DNA of 64,000 nt, taken from positions 187,929,741-187,993,740 of the forward strand of contig CM041465.1 of the NCBI GenBank assembly GCA_023213395.1, read 5' to 3'. The notes below the pieces were generated by a model, which searched no databases, was not told the DNA's origin, and saw only the letters and a list, made by a program, of their open reading frames with translations. This document shows positions 13,415 through 27,059 of this stretch, in pieces. The translations under genes were made by a program, and so were the position numbers. Position 1 is the stretch's first letter, and each line of letters starts with the position of its first letter. This stretch comes from Cycas panzhihuaensis. Its lineage: Eukaryota > Plantae > Cycadophyta.

Positions 13415-16230
13415 TTCAACCTGTTGATTCCTTTGGTAGGATTGTCAGACTCTAGCTGTGATAAGGTTTCAACCAACTACTGTTGACCAATGTTGGTAGT
13501 TGTAGCCCATCAATCTCCTTCAATCTTACCAAACCATTATCAAAGATCTTATCGACGATGTATGGCCTGAGCCATCACAAGTTTAGTTTTCTTGGATGTG
13601 TACAAAATTTGTTGGCATACAATAACGATTGGTCACCTTCTTGAAATTTGGGTGCCTTTAAGTGGCAATCGAGCCATGCCTTCTATCTCATCTTCTCAAC
13701 ATTTTGTAACCACTTTGCTCTATGCCTTGTTTCCTCTAGTTGCAACAATTGTTATGACCTTTCTCATAAAGAATTGAAATCATCAAGTTGACAAGCCATG
13801 TTAACTCTTAAGCTTGGAATCTTTATTTCTACTGGAATGATGGCCTCCATTCCATATACCAACTGGAATGGTGTCTGTCTAGTTTCCCTTTTGTATGTTG
13901 CGTGAAAGGCCCATAATAATGATGGCAACGTTTTCACCCAATTTGACCTGCCTACATCACAGTTTTTTTGTAGACAATTTTTAGTGATCTTATTTGAACG
14001 TTTTGCTTCTCCATTTACTTTGGGTTAATAAGGTGTTGATTTCTAATGGCTAATTAGAAACTTGGATTAGTTTCTTCATTACATGATTCAAGAAATGCGA
14101 ACCTTGGTGGCTTATTATCTCCAATAGGCAACCATAGTGTGTAATAAACATCTCACATAAGAATTTTGCTGTGCTGTCCAAATTTGCTTTCCTAAATGAC
14201 CTTGCTTCTACCCACTTGGTCGTATAGTCTGTAGCCACCAAAATATATTGGGCTTGGGATCGTCGAGTCGTTGGTTTGATAGGCCTAATGAAGTTAAGAT
14301 CCCATTTCTCAAATGTGTCAAAGGCAAAATTGGGTTGAGAGGTCAAACGTCTTGGCGACTTGGCTTCCTAGTTCATTGACAATAGTGACATTTCTTGATT
14401 CACCTTTTTTATATCTTCAAACATGGTGAGGCCACTAGAATCCTTTTGATAACACTTTTCTGTAGGTTGTCAACTTGCCCATATGCCCTCCAACCACACC
14501 TTCATGTACTTGGGTTATTATTTGCTCAATTTCATATGGCTTCACACAACATCAAAGCACATCATCTGGTCCTAGGCAATATAATTCACCTTGGATCAGA
14601 TGATATGGTTCTGCTTTTTGAACCAAGTCTCTTCTCTCTGTTTTGCGGATTTCTGGTGGCAGTTCACCTGTTGTGAGGTGGTTTGGGTTTCCTTCATACC
14701 ATTTGGTTGGAACTGATTCAACACTGAAGAGCGTTGCATTTGGAAAATCATCAGGTACTCCTATGGCTTCCTCTCCATTATCAATCCTAGATAACTGATT
14801 AGGAATCATATGTACTTTCCAAGGTTTGACCATGATTTTAAAAGTGAATTCTTGAAACAACATGAGCCACCCACTAATACTTCCTCTCAATATAGACTTA
14901 TTCATGAGGTACATCAATGGCTGATGACCCACATAAAAGATAAATAGATTTGATAGTAGGTAGTGTCAAAACTTTTATAATGCATATACCATTTCAAGGC
15001 CTTCTCTTTTAGGTGTTGTGTAGTTTTGTTCAGACATAGTCAAATATTGGTTGACAAAGTAGATAGGATGATCAATGTTGGTTCCCCCTGGTTGGGTGAG
15101 TACACACCCAATAACACACTGCGATGAATCAACATGCACATGGAAGATTTTATCCCAATCAGGGGATCGAAGAATAGGTGCTGATGCTATCGCTCTCTTT
15201 AAAGATTCAAATGCTTCTTGCTGCTCTTCTCCCCATTCCCATTCAATGTCCTTTCTCAATAACTCCTCTAGGGGTCTCGATATACATGTGTATCCTTTGA
15301 TAAACTTTCTGTAGTAGCTAGTTAGTCCTAAGAAACCCTTTAATCGCTTTTGTGGTAATGGGACTGGAAAATACAAAATTGTGGATACTTTTGCCAGATT
15401 GGTTAACAATCCTTCTTTACCTATGATGTGGCCTAACAAGTTTTTGAATGGAACTAGGAAAGTACATTTCTCTGGATTTAAACAGAGGTTGTTTTCTTTA
15501 CTCATTTGCAACATTTCCCTCAAATTGTCCATATGATTTTTCATTATGCTGTAAAAAGTCTAGTCATCTAAGAATACGATCACTTTCCCTCCTATCATTC
15601 TTTTGAAAGTGTTAATCACAATATGTTGGAATGTGGCGGGCGCATTGGTTAGCCCAAAGGGCATGATCTTATAAGCATATGCCTCCCATTCCATTACAAA
15701 AATAGTCTTGGCCTGATCTTCGGGAGCAATTTGAACTTGATTGTGCCTACTAAATCTATTTGTGAAGGAATAAACTTCTTTGCTCCCTACCATCTCCAAT
15801 ACATCCTCCATAAAGGGAATTAGAAATGGATCCTTTTTGGTTACATTATTCAACTATTTATAATCTACACATACTGTAATTTTCCCATTCTTTTTGGGCA
15901 CCACTACCACCAGACTTATCCAATCACTGTAGTCAAACTCGTAGATGTATCCTGCTTCTAACATTTATCCAGTTCTACTTTCACTTTCTCTTTATATTTT
16001 AGATTCATGCGATAGGGCCTTTGCTTCACCAACTTGGCCCCTTCAATCAAGTCAATGTGTTGCATCCTAATCTTTAGAGGGATGCCATTAAGGTCCTTAT
16101 AGAACCAAGCAAACATGTCCTTGAATTCCTCAAATGGTGCTTGTGCTTCAGCCATTGTTTTGTCATCTCAATCGTTTTTGATAATAATATTACATGGATT
16201 TTCTTTATCCCTTAAATTAATCTTAGTTGT
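13415..16230 (-). pseudogene. Gypsy D pol: RT, RNase H, integrase (decayed)
   Basis: ORF-track fragments 14050-14346, 14552-14932, 14975-15544, 15560-15853 and 15958-16155 carry canonical motifs. Confidence 0.9.
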
Positions 16231-17849
16231 CTTTATCTTCTCAAATTCCACTTTATTATCTTTTGTAATTTGGTGAACTGGGGTGTTTTTAATATCCCGA
16301 TTGTTGTGTTGTAACTCAATATACTCTGGAGAAAAATTATGGGTTTCCTCCTCTTCTTTCTTATTCCAATTTTCTACAGTCCTTGCTAATGACATGAATT
16401 TTGGTTGCTTTATCTTCATACCTAATTTTCTCATTTGTTTTAGTACCTTATCAATGGTTTTATTATGGGATGAATGTAGGAATGTTAAATAATTTTTTTT
16501 TTTTTTTCTAGATTATGCCAGGAGGCTTCTTAGTTTTTCTCCTTACCGAATAGCCATTGTTTCCCTAATCTCCCTAGGGTATGATAGAGTAAATGACTCC
16601 AGTTATGTTTAGGGTGACTTTGAGATACCCAAAAGTTTTTACACTTTTGAATGTGTTTTATTGGGCAATCTCCTACCAAAAATGATGGAATGCTTAGTTT
16701 ATCTGGGGGATCAAACCATAATTGGAAGAATATCTAGATATTTGCCCAACCATGAAAAGAGGCCTTGTGGGGTAAATACCAATACCAGGCAGGCCTATAA
16801 GGTTACTATGAAATCTAAATCCCAATGTGATTTGTCAACTATTCTTTTCTCAATCCAATACTCCATGCATTGAATTAAATGAGTTGTACCATACAATTGT
16901 TTTCCTAAGAATGGGGTCACTTGGTCTTCAATGAAGGGACCAAATTTCCTATCTTTAAGGATGGCTATCCTATCTAATAGACAACAATCTCTTGAGATCC
17001 ATCTGTTACGATTGAAATTAACACCTGTGCGCCCAAAGGAAGGAACATATGCTTAATTGTGATTTAATGCAGCTAATAAATGCAGGACAACCATTCGACA
17101 AGTGTTCAGGATGAAGAATGAACGAGAAACTAGTGAACAAGTAGGCATAACACTATGCATTCCATCACGGGAATGCATTACATAGACATAACACATGCAG
17201 TATAGGCTGGGAATGCACAAGGAATGGTTGCAAAATGGACAGGGCAAAAAGGAGCCATGGGGATCAGAACTGTACAGACGCACGTGTGGACTAACCAACA
17301 ACAAAACGAATTAACCTAGGGTTTGTTATGAAGAGGTGTGCATTAAGGAAAAGGGACGGTTGTGACTCCTGGTCATAACCATTCTTCAACAAGGATGCAT
17401 GGCCTATTTAAACATGATTAATCAAGGGGATTGATATGAGAGCCTGGTTTGGTACAGATAACCAACCCAACATTGTACGGAAAAGAATGAGATGATGTAA
17501 ACATTGACTATTACTTAATGAAATTACAGAGTTACGTGGAATTTATGTGTATGAATGTAATGAGGGATGCATGATATTCTATTGTGTTTTATGATTATAT
17601 TGTGGACTCATGAGTCATAATTTAGTACATGAATGTGTATGTTGACCGTGAGCACACCCTAGACTACAATGGAAACCTTGACAAATGAATATCTCAATAG
17701 GACAGATATAAAGTCAACATTGGTTTCGTTGCCTAAGTCCACTAGCAGAGGGAGAAAGAAGTTGTAAACTTCTATGTGTAAAGGTCAAGTCACCTTGGCT
17801 ATTGTAGTGATGGCAGGCTCTGACTAGGTCTCGACAGTGAGGGGGACCT

Positions 17850-20460
17850 TCCAATGCCACTTAAACGACCTTCGAAGGCGAAGGAGTGACACACAAAACC
17901 TAAGGGGATAATAGAGTCAAGTAGGCAAAGAGCTTTGAGATGGTCGAAGGAGAAAAAGTTAAGGAGAGCAAGGAGATTGAGTATAGGGATAAAGGAAGAC
18001 CAAATAGAATATGTGGAAGGATTTGAGGCAAGTGGTGCCTAGACACCACAAAATACGAAAAATGAAGGCCAAGGGGAGCCAATGACAATCACACCTACTC
18101 TAAAAAAGTGTTACAATCTCAATAGAGAGGAGGATATTGAAGAGGAAAGAGAAAAGGATGAAAGAAAAGAAATAAACACTCCTAAAAAGGAATTATGTTT
18201 GGACTCTACTCTGAAGGATCTAAGTGACAACGGGGAGAAGGTAAAGGAAGGTCCCCGGGCATATTGGGAAAACCATCTTATTAGACAATTATTTGAGGAT
18301 CCACCAGAGGGAAGTGCAGATCAATCATTTCTAATAACAATCCCAGTAGTGGCAGAAATACCAGGAGTACTAGGAGTTATACAATTGAAAACACCTATCC
18401 AGAATCTCCTATTCAGGAAAGGGGACAATGGAGAAGAGACACCACTAAGGGGACCTTATAGAAAGTCTTTAGAAGGAGAAGAAACAAACCCACCACAAAA
18501 AGGGAAAACAAGAAATAATCTCACAATGGCACATCACAAAGAATTCGAGAAACTTATCTTTGATGACTCTACAAATGCAACAGAGCATATATACTTATTC
18601 CAAAGATTGATAAAGCTTGAAAAGATCATAGATGAAATGGAAATTAAGGAGAGATTTGCCTATTTAGTAAGGGGTGTACCACTAGCTTGGTACAAGCAAT
18701 TGTATCCACTAAAGCCATGGAATGAGATAAAGAAAGAGTTTGAAGAGCGATTCCTAAAATATCTTAATAATGGCATCATAGAGTTAACTTTAAGGGAGAT
18801 CTAATAGCAGCCAGGAGAGTCAGTGCTAACATATGTAAGTAGAATTGATATGATAGCATCCGCAATGACAAAAGGAGAGAAGATTACAGATCTAAGCATG
18901 AGGACTTTCTTTGTGAATGGTTTAAACACCAAGTTGAGAAGTGCAATGGCTTCACATCAATTGAAGTCATACCAACATGTTCAAGAGTTAGCATTAGACT
19001 TCGAGAAGTAGATTGATATAAAGAGGATAGCATACGATCCCCTTATCATGAGGCTCCAGGAGGAAATAAATGAGTTAAAGACTCAAAATCTTAACAGACC
19101 TCTATTTCAAATGGCAAAAACAAGAGAAAACTCAAAGGTGGAGACCTTAAGAAAACAAGTCACAAGATTAAAATTACAAGAGCACAAATTTCGGGAAAAT
19201 ATGGAGGAAGAATCCAACAAACAATGGATTAAGGAGGCCCCAATTGAAAAATGGTGCCATATTTGTGAGGAAGACACACACACCACTAAAGAATATGATT
19301 GTAATGCCAAGGCAAGGAAACAAAATAGTTGGTACCATATTTGCGATCAAAGAACTCATAGCACTCGAGAATGTTATTTTAACACAAGAATCACAAATGC
19401 TTAGAGGAAGAGGATGGGGAAGAAACAACCCCAACACTAGAACAATCTATACCACTTATACACAACTAGAAAATTTGAAGAGGAAGCCTCCATTGGAAAG
19501 ATGTTTAATATGTCTTGAGTATGGACATTGGAAATTGGATTGTCCAGTAGCAAAAATTCATAAGGAATGCCCCTATCTTTGTAAAAATTGTGGGCCAAGT
19601 ACACATACAACGGATGAATGTAAGGGCAAAGGGAAGGCTCTTAACGGGGTAACAATCATGTCTAATTCCCTTAAGAATGTGAATCTACAAAATAAGAAAC
19701 AAATGACAGAATATGACTGCCCTAATCCAAAAGTAGAGATTGACTGCGTTACTGCTGCCAAAAAAGCATTAGAGGAAGTTGCCAAGGAGGAAGCAACCAA
19801 AGCTCTAACATTAGGGAAATCCAAAATCAAACAAGTATATCGAAGAAGAAATAAAGCAATAGAAATGAAAACTTTGGAAAAAAATCCAAGTGATATAACT
19901 CCATAATCAGAGGAACTTCTACAAAAATTGATGTTGATTGAAGACCTGGTGAAACAACTAAAGTTGACTATTCCATTGGAAAAAGTAATAGAATGGATTA
20001 AAGGAGGAATAATTCGTCCAATAGAAGCTACATGGAACTTGAACAAGGTCAAATCTTCATGTGACCTTGATCCCTCAGTTAACATGAATATTCTAAGAAT
20101 AACAATACAGAATGTTATTGTTGATGGCAGAGTTGTAGTGAACGTACTACCAACACAAACATGGAAAAAACTAGGGATTCCTCGATTAACACCCACAAGT
20201 TATTCATTAAAACTAGCAAATGAGTTGTTAGTAAAACCTATTGGTCGATTGGAGAACATTAAAGTAAATGTGGCAGGAATCATAGTTCTAGTGGACTTTA
20301 CCATCGTAGACACAGTAAAGGACATGGTAACCTACCTAGCCCTACTAGGTAGGCCATGGTTGTATCAAACAGACTGCTTACAAAGCTAGAGAGATGTGAC
20401 TTTTACGTTGACAGACAGAGGCAATGAAGTTGTTCTTCCCATGTTGGCAAAGGGAAAATA
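17850..20460 (+). pseudogene. Gypsy A gag and aspartic protease
   Basis: ORFs 18082-18804, 18823-19011, 19048-19404, 19244-19906 and 19928-20389. Confidence 0.88.
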
Positions 20461-21314
20461 CATGGTGGAGGTGGTCCTAGATGATGCATCTAGTATAATG
20501 ATAGCCATCAGAGAGACATCCTGAACATTTGATGAAGCCAATCTATATCACACAACAGAGGAGAATGCAAATATGAATAATTCCCAAGAATTCGAGCCAA
20601 ACTTGTATGGAGAATTGCCATAAGAAACATCATCAGATGAACAAGGTACAATGAATATGATCAAATATTGGATGAACAATTCATATAAGGCACAACCCTT
20701 CTCATATCGTTGTAATGTGCTATTCATATGTTCCTCATTTGACAATGAATCAAACAATAAATTAGATTATATGGGTCCTAATTGTAATAATGAATCTTTA
20801 AGCAATGAATGTTTAGTAAAAGTAGAATTTAAAGTAGATAGAAAAATACATGTAAAGCTCCTAGCTTTTAATTCTCCCCCCTATCCCAATCCTTATCCCT
20901 ATCCCCTTCCCAACTTCATATTCCCCAAAGTCAATCCGAGAGATCTGGCCAATCTTTCTTCCAAAGGAAAATCCCACTCCTACCCCTACCTTGGGTCAAA
21001 AAACCAAGATAGAAATTCCTGTCCTTACCTCAACCCCCCTATCAACTCCCCAAATTCCCTCTCAGGCAACCCACCAAGCGAAAATGAGATAAAGGGAAAT
21101 CTCAAAGAACTAAATACAATACTACCCTAAATAGACCCAGAGGAATCTCATCCAACAACCCTTATACCACAAGATAAAATAGACCTGCAAAAGAACATGC
21201 CCATATTCCTAGATGACAAAATGGAAGGTGCATGAGCCATTTGATTCATTACATGGAGCATTGGTTACAATTTAAGGTTTTGAATACAACTCAATGGGTT
21301 TTTGACTTTGTGTT

Positions 21315-24300
21315 TGATAGCAATCTCAATTGAGATGAACAAAAAATTTGCATTCCATGGAGATCTAGTCTCCTTTAAGTATACATCATACAAGATGACC
21401 GTTACAAACTGAATTGTAACTGATCCATCTCTGACTGCCAAGTGTCAACATCTTATGTGAGTTACATTTGAGGGTATTTCAACATTACCCCTTTTGTACC
21501 TAGATAAAGCATTACACTCTAACACCCTCTCTTAATGTTTTATCTCTAGTAAACCTAATTTGTTTCTCAGATTTTGAAGTCTCTCTTTTCCAAGAGATTT
21601 TGTTAGTAGGTATGCAACTAGTTCTATAGATGGATAGTATTCCAAATCAATTTCCCTGTTGTGGACTTTTTTCCTTATGAAGTGATGATGTACTTCTATG
21701 TGTTTGGTTCTTGCATGAAGGACTGGATTTTTGGTCAATTTGATGGCGCTCTGATTGTCACACTTCAGAATAGTTGCTTGATTCTGTCGTTGTTTCATAT
21801 CCACCAGGAGTTGTCTCAACCAGATAGCTTTGCACGTTGCTGTCACAACTGCTTTGTATTCTACCTCAGTGGATGATAATGCAACAGTAGCCTATTTTTT
21901 GCTGCACCATGAAATTACTATAGATCCTAGAAAAAAACAGTACCCACAAGTTGATTTCCTTTGTTCTTTGTCTTCTGCCCAGTCGAAGTCGCAGAAACCC
22001 GATAGATTAGTTGATCCGCCTTTGGGATATACTAGTTTTAGGTTTGTCGTCCCTTTAGGTACTTTAGAATTCTCCTTGCGGCCTTCCAGTGTCTCGTTTT
22101 AGGATTTTGCATGTATCTGGATACTAATCCTACTGAATGTGATATGTCAGGCCTGGTGGCTATTAGATAAATCAAACTTTCGATCAATTGTCTATATAAG
22201 GTGATGTCTGCTACCTGCTCCATATCATCTGCTGCTAGATCACAATTTATTTCCATGGGTGTGGCACATGGATTGCAATTTTCCATATGGAATTTGCTCA
22301 ATAGATCTTTGATGTATTTGCTCTGGGATAAAGCAACATAACCTTGTTGTTGATCTATTTCTAATCCCAGGTAATAGCTTAGGAGGCCCAAATCTGTCAT
22401 TTCAAATTCTTGCTTGAGTTGTTCTTTTATATCTACAATGGATTATTCATCATTGCTGGTGAGATCCATGTCATTCACATAAATAACAATTATTGTGATT
22501 TTTCCACCATTTTTCCTTATGTATAAGCTAAGGTCTGAATCACATCATTTAAAGCAGTTTTGACACAGGTATTGATCTAATTTTGCGTACCAAGGTCGAG
22601 GGGCTTGCTTTAATCCATATAGAGCCTTTTCTAATTTGCACAATAGATGCTCTTGTCCTTCTTTGACGTATCCTTCGGGTTGTCTCATATAAACTTCCTC
22701 TTCCAATTCCCCATTCAAGAGGGCACTTTTTACATCTAACTGAAAGATTTTCCAATCTTGCATAGCAACTAGTGCAATCAATGTCCTTACAGTGTTTAGT
22801 TTGGCCACAAGAGAAAAGGTTTCTTCAAAGTCTACTCCGGTTGTTTGAGTGTATCCTCTTGCAACAAGCCGTGCTTTGTGCTTCTCTATTTTGCCATTGG
22901 TTCCCTCCTTAATTTTGTAGACCCATCTGCAACTAACTACAGATTTGTTGGCAGGTAGCTCTACCAGTTCCCATGTTTGATTTTTCCTAATTGAGTCCAT
23001 TTCACTGCCCATGGATGTCTTCCACTCATGTTGATCTTTAGCCTCCTGAAAGGTCTGTGGTTCGACTCTGCTTATTAGGGCCCTTGGCTTTTGACTTCAT
23101 GTTCTGTGTTCAAGCACATTGCCTTTTCCTTCTTCGATTGTTTTGATGAACCATCTGGGTAACTTCTTCTATTTTTGTGTACATTCTTCAATGTCTGTTT
23201 CCTCCGTTGATTGTTCTATGACTGATTCTTCTCCTTCTGGTGTTTCATTTTGAACTGATGAAGAGGAAGGAGATGATTCTGCAGAGGATATTTCCTGTAA
23301 GGTTATTTCAGACACAGCTTCTTGTTCCGCCTCCTTTTTATTTCCTTCGATTATTCTAACTTGTGAAGTGTCATTTGAGCCATCTTCTTCATTGAAAACA
23401 ACATCTCTACTTACGTAGATTTTATTGGATTTAGGATCTATGCATTTGTAGGCTTTGGAGTTTTTGCTGTAACCTATCATAATGCATTGTATGGTTTTTG
23501 CATCAATTTTAGACCTCCTTTTATTAGGTATGTGAACAAAAGCTTGGCTATCAAATACTTTAAGTGAACTTACATCAGGTTTCCTACCCGTCCAGGCTTC
23601 TTTTGGAGTGATGTTCTTTAGAGATTTTGTTGGACTTCGATTTATTAGATAGCAGGCGATACTTATTGCCTCAACCCAATATGATTTTGGAACTTCCTTT
23701 CTGTGAACCATACTTCTGGCCATTTCCATTAGAGTCCTATTTTTCCTTTCTGCAACTCCATTAGATTGTGGTGTATATGGAGTTGTGACATGCCTGCAAA
23801 TTCCGTGCAACTTACAGTAGTTCAAGAACTCCTTTGATATGTATTCACCTCCTCCATCTGATCTGATGCACTTGATTTTTGTTCCTGATTCTAGCTTTGC
23901 TTCTGCTTTAAATTTTTTGAATATTTCGAAGACTTCTGACTTGTTGTGAAGAAAGTAAACCCATACTCTTCGAGTAAAATCATCAATGAAGGTTAGAAAA
24001 TACCTGTATCCATTGATTGAGAGTGGTGTGATGGGACCACACAGATCTGTATGAATTAATTCTAATTTTGATTGTGCTCTCCAACTGCTTTCTTTAAATG
24101 AATGTCGGTGCTGTTTGCCAAATTGGCAGCCTTTGCAAACAAAGTTGTCAGAAGAAATATGGGGCAACCCATTTACTATTCCTGACTTTTCCATTGATTT
24201 TAGTGTTTCAGTTGGAAGATGTCCATACTTCAAATGGCAAATTTTATTGTCAGTTTTAATAGCACTACAAGCTTTTTCTTCTACATTGGGAAGCACAGGA

Positions 24301-26513
24301 TCTGACAGAAGTTTGTACAGATCATTATGCCTTTTGCAATGGTTTCTCCATTGTTCTTCATGTCTAGAATATGACAATAACCTTCTTCATAAAAAATTGT
24401 CCTTAGTCCCTTTTTGCTAAGTTGTGAGACAGAAAGAAGGTTCATTTTTAGGCCAGGGACTAACAGAACATTCCCAATTTTTTTTACATTTACTTGCAAA
24501 TTGATGGCAATGGTACCTACCCCCTTTATGTCAAGTGGGTATTTATCTCCTAGTTCAACTGTCGAAGTCGCATGGCTTTAGGGCCTCAAACCAGTCTTCA
24601 CGATTGGTCATGTGTTGCGAAGCTCCCAAATCAACATACCATACATCGCCATCTTTTAGACTTGTGGCCAGAGCAACGATGAATGCAGTTTCTTCTTCCT
24701 CTTCCTCTATTTTTTCTTTGCTATATCCTCCAACAAGTCGTTTCCCTCTTTGAATATTGATCCTTCTTTGTGGGCATTGATATGGGTAATGCCCGGATTG
24801 CCCGCAGTGGTAAGAAATATCAAAAATTCTGCATGTACTAGAGATGTGCCCGGTTTTTCCACAGTTGAAACATATTATGGTATCTCTGCTTCGTCCACGT
24901 CCCCTGAATTCTTGCCAGCGTCCACATCCTCTGATGTCTGGAGTCGGTCCTCGTCCACAAGCCTAGTTTCGTCCACGTGGGCCTAGATTCAATCTAGACG
25001 CAAATGCGTCCTCTAGTTTTGAATAATCCTCATAGCGCTTGTTCCTCTGTTCCTGTCTTAATAGCAGCCATGTCAATTCATCAAGAGTCATTTTATCAAT
25101 CTGGTTACTGTTTGTAATGGTGTTAATGGTTATGCCAAAGGATTTTGGTAACTTGGTTGCCACCAGTTCCACTAGCTCTTGTTATGAAATCATACCTCCT
25201 GCACTCAATAGATTATTTCTAATTGAAATAACTTTATGTATGAATTCTGTTATAGTCTCATTTTCCTTCATGTGCAGTTTGTACAATTCTTCCTTAAGTG
25301 CAATTATCCTAGCTTTGTTCTTCTGCTCATATAAATTCTCAAGATATTTCCAAATATCTGATGAAGAGTTTAATTTCTCTATGTATACCAGGAGTGAATA
25401 TGAAACTGACATCTTTAAAATAAGCATTCCTATATTATCTCTCTCCTCCCAACTTGCTAACTTTGGATCTGTGGCATTTGAACGAATTTCAGACCCATTC
25501 GCAATATTCCAATCATTTTTAACTCTTAAAATAGTTTCCACTTTAATTTTCCATATATGGTAATTGGAATCAGTTAGTTTTCCTTGATTAGGCAAGGTTA
25601 GGATTGCAGAAGCCATTTGATCTGAGAGAATCAAGGACTAACAGAGTTGGACCATACAATTGTACGGATTTCCGTACAAAAATGAGATGGTACGGAACGA
25701 GACAAAGTGTACCTCAAAAGAAGGAGGATGAAGAGAGGATTTCAGACCTGATATTAGATTTTCAAGATAGGTTTTAGACTGTGAGAAAATTGGCTCGAAA
25801 GACAAGGGGGCGCGGCTAGGGTTTAGCACAATTTGACTCGTATCTCCAAAAAAACTCCACTGAATTTCTTAAAGTCGGTCACAATGTCTTCACAGCATTG
25901 ATACACAGAGTTTATGACAGATTTAATCCAAAAATCTAAGAAAAATCGAGAGAAATTTATGAAGGTACCTCCAAACCCGCGCGGACTGGTAAAGTGGCCA
26001 AAATCGCCTTCAAACATGCTTGGATGACTTCGACCTTGAAGACAGAAGTGACGGGGGGGTCAAGATCTACTTGCTAGTGAAATTTCGTCTCAATCTGAGA
26101 CACTGGATTTTTCTAGTCCGTACAACCATACGGTTCCGTACACAGGTCGTACGACGTCTTTAATCGCCTCCAGATCTGCCCTTCTAACAGTCTTGACTCT
26201 TAATCCAGCGTTTGTTGGCTTCTGGGTCTGTCTTACTCTGGTATTGCCTTTATCAGACGCTAATCCCTCTATCAAACAGGCAGGGTGACCTGCTCTGATA
26301 CCATGATAGCAATCTCAATTGAGATGAACAAAAAACTTGCATTCCATGGAGATTTAGTCTCCTTTAAGTATACATCATACAAGATGACTGTTACAAATTG
26401 AATTGTAACGAATCCACCTTTGATTGCCAAGTGTCAACATCTTATGTGAGTTACGTTTGAGGGTATTTCAACATTACCTCTTTTGTACCTAGATAAAACA
26501 TTACGCTCTAACA
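21315..26513 (-). mobile_element. Ty1/copia element E, full length (5.2 kb), 210-bp LTRs at 21315-21524 and 26304-26513, PBS-iMet 26292-26303, PPT 21525-21533
   Basis: Perfect TSD GTGTT. The LTRs differ at about 13/210 positions by hand count. Gag LTDSNYHIWK, INT HTDLCGP / SDGGGEY / NGVAERKNRTL, RT KARLVARGY / QLDVKSA, RNase H CDNQSAI...HARTKHIEV. Confidence 0.97.
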
Positions 26514-27059
26514 GTGTTTACCTTATGGGACCAAGCATGGTGGTGGTACCTAGCCCACCACCATATCCTTAGAACATGGAATGAACTACAGTATGCATTT
26601 CGACTAAAGATTCGATCCACCCCAAAGCATACCAATCTCAAGGTTCCTAGTAAGAGAATTCCCCAATCGACACCTTATCAAATGTAAGCGTGTGTAGAAA
26701 CATTGGAGCATTCCCAAATCTCACTGGAATCATTTGTTTATTCATATATTAGGCACACTAGCGAAGTAATGGTTCCTAAAACAGGAACGGGTTAGGGCTA
26801 TATCCTGGGACCAACTAGAACATTTGTTTGTGAAAGCATTCTCTTATTCTTCAAATAATAAAGTGATACATAAAGTATTAAGAAACATAAGGGATATGTG
26901 TATAGAAGTAGAAAAGAATTTCATGTCAATTGGAAACATTATGGATACAAAAAGTAATGAGAATGAGGAGGAGGGGAAGGAGAAGGAAGTTCTCAACTTT
27001 CCTCCAGAATACACAGAGTTAAAATATGAACAACAGGATATAGAAGAAACTCTTGCACA

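Noticed and set aside
17053-17304. Paired 83-aa ORFs MLLVSPHVR... at 17053 and 31834
   Set aside because: Their similarity simply reflects the two LTRs of element A; they are antisense with no domain.
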